Positions 36,509 to 45,951 of a stretch of 53,814 bases of DNA are shown piece after piece (within the stretch, counting starts at the first letter, position 1; each line of letters begins with the position of its first letter). The notes under the pieces were generated by a model. That model did not search any database, had not been told where the DNA came from, and worked only from the letters and a program-made list of their open reading frames with translations. Origin of the DNA: a virus (lineage: Duplodnaviria > Caudoviricetes); the IMG/VR virus record IMGVR_UViG_3300022865_000009, positions 1-53,814 of that record. One strand, given 5' to 3'. The translations under genes and the position numbers were made by a program.

Positions 36509-38716
36509 ATGGATAAAACCTTAATGAGACCTTTATTCAGAAAGAGAGCCACTCAACTTAGAGTAGTTGATAGTAAAGCTGTTCCTAAATTTTTTGTTGG
36601 GGGAATTATGTCAGCAGCAAATACTGCTAGAGCAGTCGCTGCTCCTGCATTTAGATATTTAGGAAATAAAATGGCGGGACCAAAAGTTTCAACTGCACTA
36701 ACAGGATTAGAAGCAGGTTCTGCAGGTTATGGTATTAATGAAATGGCCAAAGGAGTTAGAGATGGAGACACAGGACAATTTTTAGAAGGTGCTGCTTACG
36801 CTGTACCAGGTGCTGCTTTTTTACCCTCTACTGCTAGAAGATCTGGAATTGCAGCTATAAGAGAACTAGGAGAATTTGGAGCATCAAGAGCAACTCCTGT
36901 TGCTCAAGCATTAATAAACAATCCAGGTAAAACAGCTGTAGGATCTATTGGTACAGCTTTAGTTGGTCAAGGTATGCAAGGAGATGGAACTGCATCTGAT
37001 TTAAGTCAAGTTTCTGGAGGAGTAAAATCTATTGAAGAAAGATTAATTTATTCTAAACCAGAATATAATCCAGATCCAAAGAAAAAAGTTACTCAAAATT
37101 TAAAAGATTATAAGGAAATGGAAAAAAACTTTAAACCTAAAGTTATTGGAGTTGAAAATCCTTCTACTCCAGAAGAACTTCAATTAAATGAAGACTTACC
37201 TAAAGCAAATAAAATTATAGCAATTGCAGAAGAACTTGGATTAGATGTAAATAATCTTGCTTCAGTAGGAGAGGAAACTTTAAAAAAAATAGCTGAACAA
37301 ACTGATGTACCTTTACCAGATGTTCTTAGACTATCTGGATTTGACGGAAACGGTCAAGATCCAGAACCTGTTGCACCTACTATAGATGGACAGATTAATC
37401 AAGTGACTCAAAATATTGAAGGAATGACAGATGATGAAGTAAATAGAATGGTTAAGAATAGACAGAATGAAATTAAAAAAGCAAATAATCTATCTCCATT
37501 AAGTAAAGAATTTCAAACATTTAAAAATGAACTAGATCAAATGACAGGCGGTAGCGGTAATTTAAATAATTTAATAGCCATGAAATTTGCAGCAAAATTA
37601 ATGACAGGAAAAAGTAATCAAAGAGGTTTGTCTGGATTAGTAGATATAGCAGGACAAGGTTTAGAATCTGCGAGTACTGATTTGATGAACATAGCCTTAG
37701 CTCAAAAAAATCAAGATATGGTTTTAGCTCAATCATTTTTAAAATCTAAAGCAGCGGCGGCAAAAGCTGCAAAAGCTGGACCAGGTTTTGTAGGTGGAGA
37801 TAAAGTATTCAGCGTAGAAGATCCCGCATACCCAGGACAGTTCTATAATGTTAAAGGAATGATGGGTAAAGACGGAAAAATTTATCATAGAAATAAAAAT
37901 AATGAAGTTGTTGAAGCTACAGCAGGAGCATATGAAAGACCAATAAATTCAGACAAAATGAATTTATATGCATCTAACTTAGAGGAAAATAAAAGAGGAG
38001 CTGAAATGATTGATTTTGTTATTAACTCTCTTCCACAAGACGGAACGTTTAGTGCTGCATTTGGTTTAGCAAAAGAAGATATATTTGGAACTCTTGAACA
38101 AGTTACGGGGACAAATGGAATAACAAGTTCTGATTTTGATTCTGAAATAAAAAGTTTAATGAGAAATAATGATGGTACCGAAGAAGGTATGAAAGCAACT
38201 GAAAAAATGCTTAAAGAATACGATAAAGACATGGGTAAAGTAGAGAAAAGAGCAAACGAAATGGCTAAAGCTTCTTATAAAGAAAGAGGAGGAGGATTTT
38301 TATCAAGACCTTCTGATGATGAATTAGCAAGATTTACTAAATTAGCTTTAATTGAACAAAGAATGAAATATCTTGTTGCGAATGCAAACAAAGCAGAAGA
38401 TAGATTGACTCAAAAAGATATTGAAAATGCTGCTCAACGTACAGAAATTATTAAATTTTACGGTTCAGCTAAAACGGTTAGAGCAAACTACATGAATTTA
38501 AAAAAAGAATTTGAAGATAAAGCTCAGTCATTTGCTATGTCATACAGACAAAATGGTGGAACAGAATCTTCTATGCAATACTTTAAAGAAAATGTACCTG
38601 GAGTAGAACAATTATATTCTAAACAACAAGCAGATTTCTTATCTAATCAAAGAACAAAAAATAAAACTGAAAGAAATAAAATTTTAACTACTATACCTAT
38701 AGCCGGAGGTAATTAA
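36509..38716 (+). CDS. Putative internal virion (ejection) protein
   Basis: 735 aa; RPLF leader then FFVGG; position in the module. Confidence 0.65.
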   Translation: MDKTLMRPLFRKRATQLRVVDSKAVPKFFVGGIMSAANTARAVAAPAFRYLGNKMAGPKVSTALTGLEAGSAGYGINEMAKGVRDGDTGQFLEGAAYAVPGAAFLPSTARRSGIAAIRELGEFGASRATPVAQALINNPGKTAVGSIGTALVGQGMQGDGTASDLSQVSGGVKSIEERLIYSKPEYNPDPKKKVTQNLKDYKEMEKNFKPKVIGVENPSTPEELQLNEDLPKANKIIAIAEELGLDVNNLASVGEETLKKIAEQTDVPLPDVLRLSGFDGNGQDPEPVAPTIDGQINQVTQNIEGMTDDEVNRMVKNRQNEIKKANNLSPLSKEFQTFKNELDQMTGGSGNLNNLIAMKFAAKLMTGKSNQRGLSGLVDIAGQGLESASTDLMNIALAQKNQDMVLAQSFLKSKAAAAKAAKAGPGFVGGDKVFSVEDPAYPGQFYNVKGMMGKDGKIYHRNKNNEVVEATAGAYERPINSDKMNLYASNLEENKRGAEMIDFVINSLPQDGTFSAAFGLAKEDIFGTLEQVTGTNGITSSDFDSEIKSLMRNNDGTEEGMKATEKMLKEYDKDMGKVEKRANEMAKASYKERGGGFLSRPSDDELARFTKLALIEQRMKYLVANANKAEDRLTQKDIENAAQRTEIIKFYGSAKTVRANYMNLKKEFEDKAQSFAMSYRQNGGTESSMQYFKENVPGVEQLYSKQQADFLSNQRTKNKTERNKILTTIPIAGGN

Positions 38717-41700
38717 TGGTAGCTATAAATCAATTACAAAAAGCTATTGATGCAAAACAAATAGACACTCGTTCTTTAAGTCAAGATCAGTTAGGTGCTC
38801 TAGACGATGCCTTTAAAACAGGTGAATTAACTGGATATAAAAACGTAGGTGAGTACGAAAGATTAATTGACTTGGGGGCCATGAGTGTAGCTAAAGGTAA
38901 AATGGCAAGGTTAAAGCCTATGGAATCTTCTACAGGAATTGGTAGAGGAGATATGGTATTAGCAGGAACATTAGGTTTTGGAATGCTTCCTTACATGGTA
39001 GAAAGAGAATCTTTAATAAGTTCTTATGTTAAAAATGGTTTCAAAGATAATTACGGTATAGACAACAGATACGTAGCAGGATCAAGTATTTACGATAAAA
39101 GATTATCTAAAATGAGTGAGTTTGCTAAAAAATTAAAAAAAGTACCTGGACCTATAGGTGCTCCAGTTAGATTATTAGGTAATACAATTGGAATGCTAGA
39201 TAACACTGTAGATTTTTTTAAAAAAGTAGAAAAGTTTGGACCTAGTCCAGCGTTAGCAGTTGAAGCTAAAGCGTCTTTAGGAGCAATAGGAGGAGCGTTT
39301 GGAGGAAGTGCTGCATTTGATATATCTAATTTAGGTGCTGATTTTGTAGGAGCTACTTCAAAAGATTTAGCTGAACTAACAGATAGTGATGAAAGAAAAC
39401 TACCTTTTGTTGAAAGAATGTTTTTAAATGGACTTAGAGCAAGTAGAGATGAAATGTTATGGACAGGGGGAGCTTTAGGTTTAATAGGAGTAGTTAGAAA
39501 TGCTAAAGGAATGGTTAAATCTTCATTAGATTTAGATAAACCACAAGCAAAAGCAATAGCTGCAGCAGCAGAAAGATCTAACCAAAAAATAAATATAGTA
39601 GATTTAATTCCAGCAGACAATCCCGGATTCAAAGGAGCTTGGCAAGGCTTTACAAAAAAATTCTTTACTACTCTTGGGGTATACCCTTTGGTAGGACAAC
39701 CTTTAAAAGATTTTAATAGAACTTTTAATGCTAATTTAACTCAAGAACAATTATTAAACACTATGGATAACTTAGAACTTCCACCAATGGTTAATAATAG
39801 TATTCTTAACTACGCTGGTGTTAATCAAATAAAAAGTGAGTTTAAAAACGTTTGGAAAACTATTGATGATGAATACGGAAGATTTAGAAATCATTACGAA
39901 CAATTAGGTAATCCTACTTTTATACCAACTACAAATGTAAGAAACGTTACTAAAACATTATTAGATAGATTAAAATTAGAGTATCCAGAAAGATTTGATA
40001 TTTGGGAGGGTTTAGAAAAAGGAGCTAAAGATTTAACAGATGTAGATGATCCAATGGTTCAATACGTTAAATATTTAAATAAATTAACGGATCCAAATGA
40101 TTACTACAATAAAGGAGGATACATTCGATTAAGTGATATGTTGGGTTTATCTAAAATGTTAACTAAAGCATATTCAGGTAGTAATTTTAAAGTAGTAGAT
40201 AATGAAGTAATTAGATTTAAAAAAGCTTTTGAAAATGATGTAAACTCTTTAGGAGAAGCCGCTAACAGAGATGTATTAAAAGATAAAATATTTAAAGATG
40301 AGTATGGAATGAAACTTTCTCAAGAAGGCCCAGAAGCAGCAGAAGCTTTCTTGGATACAAATATTAATGTAGCAAATTCAGCTTTGAAACAATTACAAGA
40401 AGCTAACGCTTATTATTCTATGGTTCTAAGACCTTTTGAAAAATCTTCTGTAGCTAGAAAATTAATGGCAGTAGATAGAAAATTATTTGCTAGTAAAGGT
40501 ATAGATATGACAGGTATAGAATCTATTGCACCCGATCAAGTTTTTGACAAAGTAATAAAAGGAACTTTATCTGGAGATAGTCCTTTAGCAATTAAACAAT
40601 TAAAACAAATACTAGGAGTTACTGATTCTTCATACGACATATTAAAAGCAGATGGTACGATAGATAGAACAGTTAAAATACCTGTTAGTAAAGAATCACA
40701 AGCAGTGTGGGATAGATATGTTAAACAGTGGTTATGGGAATCTATTAACAAAGCTACTTCTAATCCTATTAGAGATTTAAAAGGATTAAGTGCTCAAGCT
40801 ATTGCTGCTAGAGCAGCTGATAAAGGTTTTGTTAGAAAGAATTTTAATCCACTGGACTTAGAAACAGAAAGAAGAGTTAGAGCTAAAACTAGAACTGATG
40901 AAATAAGTAGCGTAACAGATGTGGATGCAAGAATATTTACTCAAGGAGACGGAGTAGCTAATCTTAATGAAGGTTTAATACGTAACCATGATTTTGGACA
41001 ATTAGGTATTGATGATCTAACTAAAAATTTAGGAATTGATAACAAACAAGGTAAAGATAAAATAAGAGAAATATTTGGCGGTGGACCAAAAGGAGACAAA
41101 GCTCTTAAAATGTTTGAAGATCTTGTTGAAGTTAAAAGAGCTATGGAAAGTGTTCCATCTACAGATCCTGCTAAATTTATTCAAAGAAGTTTAACTTTAA
41201 GAGCAGGTAGTGGACAAGGGGGTATGACTACTACAGCAGTAACAGGAGCAGTTTTAGGTATAGGAAATACTTTAAAACTTATGTTAGGTGCAAGATTATT
41301 TGGTGAAGTTATCGCAAGTGCTAAAGTAGCTGAAAATGTAATGGAGATGAATAAAGCACATAGATTTTTATTAAATGCAGACGCAGATTCTATTTTTCCT
41401 GGAAAAGGAAGAATACCTTTAACTCCTAAACTTTATAACGATGCTTTATTAACTTATGGAAGAACAGTTAATAGTTTGTTTGAAGCAATGGGGGATGAAT
41501 TTAGAGTGGATCCTAATAAAATAGATTTTGAAGAAGTCAGACAAAAATTAATATCATTAGATCCTAATGTTCCTTTAGGAAATAGTTATGATTTTGGAAG
41601 TATGTCTAAATTTACAAGAGACAGAATTTATCCAGAATATGATGTAAGTAAAATGTTAAGTCCTGAAATGAGAAGAGCAGGAGAAGAATATTTAACTGGC

Positions 41701-42003
41701 GCTTCTATAATGGGTGCTAGTCATAATCAATTTCAAAAATTAATGAACTCTAATCCTTTACAACTGGCAGCAGAAGCACCGGTTAACACGCCTCCAGTAG
41801 AGCCGATTGCAGCACAATCACCAACGACTACTATGCCAACGGCCACTCAACCAACAGCAAATCAAGGTGAAAAATTTGCAACATTATTCCCTCAAGATAC
41901 ATTAGGTCAAGCTCTAGCTAATAAAAATCAACCTCAACAAATGAATGAAGGTGGATTAGTAGAAGATGCCTACAAAAGAGCAGACGAGGTTCTAAGTGCC
42001 TAA
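38716..42003 (+). CDS. Large putative internal virion (ejection) protein
   Basis: 1095 aa, last large gene of the structural module; GGAGG SD; C-terminal MNEGGLV. Confidence 0.7.
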   Translation: MVAINQLQKAIDAKQIDTRSLSQDQLGALDDAFKTGELTGYKNVGEYERLIDLGAMSVAKGKMARLKPMESSTGIGRGDMVLAGTLGFGMLPYMVERESLISSYVKNGFKDNYGIDNRYVAGSSIYDKRLSKMSEFAKKLKKVPGPIGAPVRLLGNTIGMLDNTVDFFKKVEKFGPSPALAVEAKASLGAIGGAFGGSAAFDISNLGADFVGATSKDLAELTDSDERKLPFVERMFLNGLRASRDEMLWTGGALGLIGVVRNAKGMVKSSLDLDKPQAKAIAAAAERSNQKINIVDLIPADNPGFKGAWQGFTKKFFTTLGVYPLVGQPLKDFNRTFNANLTQEQLLNTMDNLELPPMVNNSILNYAGVNQIKSEFKNVWKTIDDEYGRFRNHYEQLGNPTFIPTTNVRNVTKTLLDRLKLEYPERFDIWEGLEKGAKDLTDVDDPMVQYVKYLNKLTDPNDYYNKGGYIRLSDMLGLSKMLTKAYSGSNFKVVDNEVIRFKKAFENDVNSLGEAANRDVLKDKIFKDEYGMKLSQEGPEAAEAFLDTNINVANSALKQLQEANAYYSMVLRPFEKSSVARKLMAVDRKLFASKGIDMTGIESIAPDQVFDKVIKGTLSGDSPLAIKQLKQILGVTDSSYDILKADGTIDRTVKIPVSKESQAVWDRYVKQWLWESINKATSNPIRDLKGLSAQAIAARAADKGFVRKNFNPLDLETERRVRAKTRTDEISSVTDVDARIFTQGDGVANLNEGLIRNHDFGQLGIDDLTKNLGIDNKQGKDKIREIFGGGPKGDKALKMFEDLVEVKRAMESVPSTDPAKFIQRSLTLRAGSGQGGMTTTAVTGAVLGIGNTLKLMLGARLFGEVIASAKVAENVMEMNKAHRFLLNADADSIFPGKGRIPLTPKLYNDALLTYGRTVNSLFEAMGDEFRVDPNKIDFEEVRQKLISLDPNVPLGNSYDFGSMSKFTRDRIYPEYDVSKMLSPEMRRAGEEYLTGASIMGASHNQFQKLMNSNPLQLAAEAPVNTPPVEPIAAQSPTTTMPTATQPTANQGEKFATLFPQDTLGQALANKNQPQQMNEGGLVEDAYKRADEVLSA

Positions 42004-42175
42004 AAGAACTTCAGCTTTAGATAAAATTGAATACCATGAAAAGATCTGCAGATTAATGCAAAAACAAACATTCGAAAAAATTGAAAAGATAGAAACCCGT
42101 ATAAATAGATTAGAGAAGTTTATTATTGGGGGTTTAGGAGCTATACTTTTAGCTGTACTTTCTAATCATATGTAG
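41996..42175 (+). CDS. 59-aa coiled-coil protein with C-terminal TM helix (not in ORF track)
   Basis: GAGG SD and GTG start; HEKIC...RINRLEKFIIGGLGAILLAVL. Confidence 0.6.
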   Translation: MPKRTSALDKIEYHEKICRLMQKQTFEKIEKIETRINRLEKFIIGGLGAILLAVLSNHM

Positions 42176-42187
42176 TATTAATATGGA

Positions 42188-42919
42188 ATGATATTTACAG
42201 AAAACTTAGAAGACAATTCCTTTACTTTAACAGAACTTGAATTAATAGAAAAATTTCCCTATAAAAGATACTCCAGAGCAGAAGATCCTAAAACAGGCAA
42301 ACGTATGTATTCTGTGGATGGAACTAAACTACCTTCTGTAACCACTATACTTGGAGCCACAAAAGACAAAGAATCTATAGAAGCTTTAGAAAGATGGAAG
42401 CAACGTGTCGGAGAAGAGGGGGCAGAAAAAATTAAAAATGATGCTGCTTCTATGGGAACTGAAATGCATTTAGTTATTGAAAAATATTTAGAGGGAAAAG
42501 GTTATTTAAATATTTCTGAGAAAGGAAATAGAGCAAGAAAGATGGCTCATACTATTCTTAAAAATATTAGTGGATTAACTGAAGTTTGGGGAAATGAAAT
42601 TAGTTTAGCTTTCCCAGAAAAATTTGCGGGAGCAACCGATTGTATCGGAGTTATAGATGATAAAGTAACTATCTTTGATTGGAAACAGACTAACAAACCT
42701 AAAAGAAGAGAGTGGAGTGCTGTTCAAGATTATTTTACTCAACTAGGAGCCTATAGTTTAGCTCATGAAAGTATGTATGGGAAAATAGATCAAGTTAAAA
42801 TATGTATGTGTTCAAGAGATTTTAATTATCAAGAATTTTCATTAGAAGGACAAGAGTTAAAAGATTATCAAGATAAATGGTGGGAAAGATTTGAGACTTA
42901 TCTCAAAGTTACTTCTTAG
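42188..42919 (+). CDS. PD-(D/E)XK exonuclease
   Basis: LPSVTTIL, GTEMH, AGATD, IFDWKQ, QLGAY. Confidence 0.88.
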   Translation: MIFTENLEDNSFTLTELELIEKFPYKRYSRAEDPKTGKRMYSVDGTKLPSVTTILGATKDKESIEALERWKQRVGEEGAEKIKNDAASMGTEMHLVIEKYLEGKGYLNISEKGNRARKMAHTILKNISGLTEVWGNEISLAFPEKFAGATDCIGVIDDKVTIFDWKQTNKPKRREWSAVQDYFTQLGAYSLAHESMYGKIDQVKICMCSRDFNYQEFSLEGQELKDYQDKWWERFETYLKVTS

Positions 42920-43076
42920 CTAATTTATCTTTATTAGGTCCTTCTTTAATAATGTAATCTTGAGTTCCATTAGCACCTGTTTCAACTTCTTTCTTTAAGT
43001 TTCTAAACAAAGCCATCTCTTTTATTTTTTTATATTTTTCTTTAATGAAGTTTTCTATTATTTTATTGTCTCTCAT
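42909..43076 (-). CDS. 55-aa hypothetical protein (not in ORF track)
   Basis: MRDNKIIENFIKEK...GANGTQDYIIKEGPNK; downstream of the SNF2 gene. Confidence 0.5.
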   Translation of the reverse strand: MRDNKIIENFIKEKYKKIKEMALFRNLKKEVETGANGTQDYIIKEGPNKDKLAKK

Positions 43077-43090
43077 TGAATGAGTATAAA

Positions 43091-44521
43091 CTATTTTAAC
43101 CAGTTTTTAAACTCATCTCCCATGGTTGCTATAGCTAATTTATCTTTTTGGTGAAGAGCACTTAAAATACGTTCATCTAAGCTATTTTTACATATAATAT
43201 CTGTATATAAAACAGTTTTAGTTTGACCAGATCTGTGGGCTCTATCTTCGGATTGTCTTCTAACTTCATAGTTAAAGTTATTAGAAAAATAAACTACATT
43301 AGTTGCTGCAGTTAAAGTAAGTCCAAAACCACCTGTGGTAGGATTACCTACAAAGAATAAACATTCAGGATCTTCTTGAAATCTTTTCATAGCAATAGTT
43401 CTTTTAGCAGAATCAATTGCACCATAATTTGCAACTACAGAAGCTTTACCGTATTTGTCTTGAAGAAATTCAATAATGTTTTCTATATTATAAATATAGT
43501 TAGCCCATATAATCATTTTACCATTTGCTTCTTCAATTATATCCGACAAAGCATGTAGTTTAGGATTTTTAAATTCTTTTAATTCCGCATCATTTGTTTT
43601 TACAAAACCATTACCTACTTGATGTAGTTTAATTATTTCAGTTAACTTATTATTATAAGAAACAGTTTCATCTTCAATGATGGCAATAGCAGATTGTTTT
43701 AAAGATTTATAAACTCTTTCTTGCTCTTCATTCATATCTACATATCTTTTGGTATATTGTTTAGGAGGCAGATCTAAGCATTCATCTTTAGTAACACGGT
43801 AAGAAAACGTTTTTAATTTTTCTTCAAGTTCCTCTAGTTTTACATAGTACTTAGGTATTTCAGTGTATTTTCCTCCACCTAAATCTAATCTGTGTGTAAC
43901 ACAATATCTATTTCTAAATGTATAGTAAGAAGAGAAACCTAATAGATCTTCATTTAAAAAACCACACTGAGTATATAAATCTAATGGTGATTTAGTAACA
44001 GGAGAACCTGTTAAGATTCTTCTGTAGAAAGAGTATTTAGCTAATTTTAAAATATTTCTAGTTCGTATGGCTTTATGATTTTTAATTGTAGTGGACTCAT
44101 CTACAATAGTCATGGCTTTGTGTTTTTTTAAAAACTCTGTAGCACCTTTAAGTCCTCTAGCAGTAGACAAGGCTTCAACGTTCATGCAAAAAATAGTTAA
44201 ATCTTTATTTACTTTATAAGCTTTATCTAATTTTTTAGGTTTATCTATATTCCAAATGTAAGTAGTGTAGTCAATATCTGGACTCATGTGTTTTTCGATC
44301 TCATCATAGGCCCATACCGTGTATACGGATTTAGGTGCAATAATTAAAACACCTGTAATACCTTCATGAAGTCGTAGTAAACCGATATTATCTATTGTAA
44401 CTTTTGTTTTACCTGTTCCCATTTCCATGAAGAAAGCGTAATTTAATTTATTCCAGGATTTTTCTAGGGCAATTTTTTGATGCTCGTAAGGAGCGGTTTT
44501 AAAGTTAAACAAGTTCAACAT
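43091..44521 (-). CDS. SNF2-family helicase
   Basis: MEMGTGKT, VDES, LTGSP, GFGLTL, QSEDRAHRSGQ. Confidence 0.92.
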   Translation of the reverse strand: MLNLFNFKTAPYEHQKIALEKSWNKLNYAFFMEMGTGKTKVTIDNIGLLRLHEGITGVLIIAPKSVYTVWAYDEIEKHMSPDIDYTTYIWNIDKPKKLDKAYKVNKDLTIFCMNVEALSTARGLKGATEFLKKHKAMTIVDESTTIKNHKAIRTRNILKLAKYSFYRRILTGSPVTKSPLDLYTQCGFLNEDLLGFSSYYTFRNRYCVTHRLDLGGGKYTEIPKYYVKLEELEEKLKTFSYRVTKDECLDLPPKQYTKRYVDMNEEQERVYKSLKQSAIAIIEDETVSYNNKLTEIIKLHQVGNGFVKTNDAELKEFKNPKLHALSDIIEEANGKMIIWANYIYNIENIIEFLQDKYGKASVVANYGAIDSAKRTIAMKRFQEDPECLFFVGNPTTGGFGLTLTAATNVVYFSNNFNYEVRRQSEDRAHRSGQTKTVLYTDIICKNSLDERILSALHQKDKLAIATMGDEFKNWLK

Positions 44522-44524
44522 AGT

Positions 44525-44556
44525 GGTTGACTTATAGGTTTTAATGACTATATAGT
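44525..44556 (+). promoter_or_regulatory. Sigma70-like promoter in the divergent intergenic region
   Basis: TTGACT-18bp-TATAGT upstream of the AAGGAGG SD of the replication operon. Confidence 0.5.
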
Positions 44557-44581
44557 CAAGGTAATAAAGGAGGTCATTTTT

Positions 44582-45124
44582 ATGAACCTAGAACAACTAA
44601 CAAATATAAGTATAGACACCGATAAAACCAAAGATATTGCAAATTTATGCAATGAATTACTTTCTCAAAATAAAACTGTAGAACAAGCTGAGATAGCACT
44701 TAAAAATGCTAAAGCAGAGCAACTACGTTTATCTGAAGAAGTTATCCCTGCTGTAATGTCTGAGGCAGGTATATCAATGCTCAAACTAGAAGATGGTTCT
44801 TCTGTTGAGGTTGCACCTTATTACTATGCGAAGATCCCAGAAGATAAAAAAGCGGATGCTTTTAAATGGCTACGTGATAATAACTTTGGGGATTTGGTTA
44901 AAAACAACTTAACCTTATCGTTTAGTAAAGGAGAAGATTCTGACGCAGCTAGAGTAAAAGCTGAGCTAGAAGCTAAAGGTCTTGTCGTAGACCAAAAAGA
45001 AGACATCCATTGGCAAACGCTTCGAGGATTTGTTAAAGAGCAATCCGAGAAAAATAAAACTATACCCTCAGACTTATTTGGGTTATACGTTGCTAATAGA
45101 ACTAAGATAAAAACTAACAAGTAA
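44582..45124 (+). CDS. Replication-module hypothetical protein
   Basis: AAGGAGG SD; AFKWLR...GDLVK, IHWQTLRGFVKE. Confidence 0.75.
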   Translation: MNLEQLTNISIDTDKTKDIANLCNELLSQNKTVEQAEIALKNAKAEQLRLSEEVIPAVMSEAGISMLKLEDGSSVEVAPYYYAKIPEDKKADAFKWLRDNNFGDLVKNNLTLSFSKGEDSDAARVKAELEAKGLVVDQKEDIHWQTLRGFVKEQSEKNKTIPSDLFGLYVANRTKIKTNK

Positions 45125-45142
45125 CAACTATAGGAGTAACAC

Positions 45143-45949
45143 ATGGCACAATTAGAAACGCCAAAATCAGAAGTAGTTAAAAAAGAAACTGCATCTGCCC
45201 CATCACTAGATGTTTCATCATTGGAACGGTTAGCTGGTGCAGGAGCGGAAAACATTACATCAAATGATGTATCACTTCCGTTCTTAAAGATCCTCACTAA
45301 CAATTCACCTCACGTAACTCAAGGTGATTCTAAGTTTATTGAGAAGGCAAGACCAGGACAGGTAATTAATACTGTTCTGAATAAACTTTATAATGGTAAG
45401 GACGGTTTTAAAGTCGTTCCTTGTTTTTATAAATTTGAATACGTAGAGTGGGCTGACAGAGGTACACAGAATTCTGTTGCACCTGTTAATTCATATGCTG
45501 CGGATTCAGACATTATGACTAAAACAATTAGAGGTGATGATAGAAAAGATAGATTACCAAGTGGTAATTATATTGAACCTACTCATTATCACTATGTAGT
45601 AGTCGTGGATGAAAACGATCAACCGTCAGAGACAGCAGTTATAGTCATGAAGGCCACTCAAGCTAAGAAGTCTAAGAAGTGGAATTCAATGATGCTTTCT
45701 CAGAGAAGAAAAGGTAAAAACGGAATGTTCCAACCACCAACATGGTCTCAAATTTATTTGATGAAGACTATGCTTGAAAAGAATAGTTTAGGTTCTTGGT
45801 TTGGATGGGAAGTTGAACACCATAAAGACATTCCTAATCAAGACTTAATGGATACGGCTATGTCGTTCTATGAAACTTGTAAGCAAGGAAATACTAAGGT
45901 GAATCTTTCTCAAGAAGGCGAGCCACAAGTAACATCAGCACCGTTTTAA
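45143..45949 (+). CDS. Putative ssDNA-binding/annealing protein
   Basis: LPFLKIL, EYVEW, MKATQ.KKSKKWN; acidic tail ending PF, as in SSBs. Confidence 0.6.
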   Translation: MAQLETPKSEVVKKETASAPSLDVSSLERLAGAGAENITSNDVSLPFLKILTNNSPHVTQGDSKFIEKARPGQVINTVLNKLYNGKDGFKVVPCFYKFEYVEWADRGTQNSVAPVNSYAADSDIMTKTIRGDDRKDRLPSGNYIEPTHYHYVVVVDENDQPSETAVIVMKATQAKKSKKWNSMMLSQRRKGKNGMFQPPTWSQIYLMKTMLEKNSLGSWFGWEVEHHKDIPNQDLMDTAMSFYETCKQGNTKVNLSQEGEPQVTSAPF

Positions 45950-45951
45950 AT

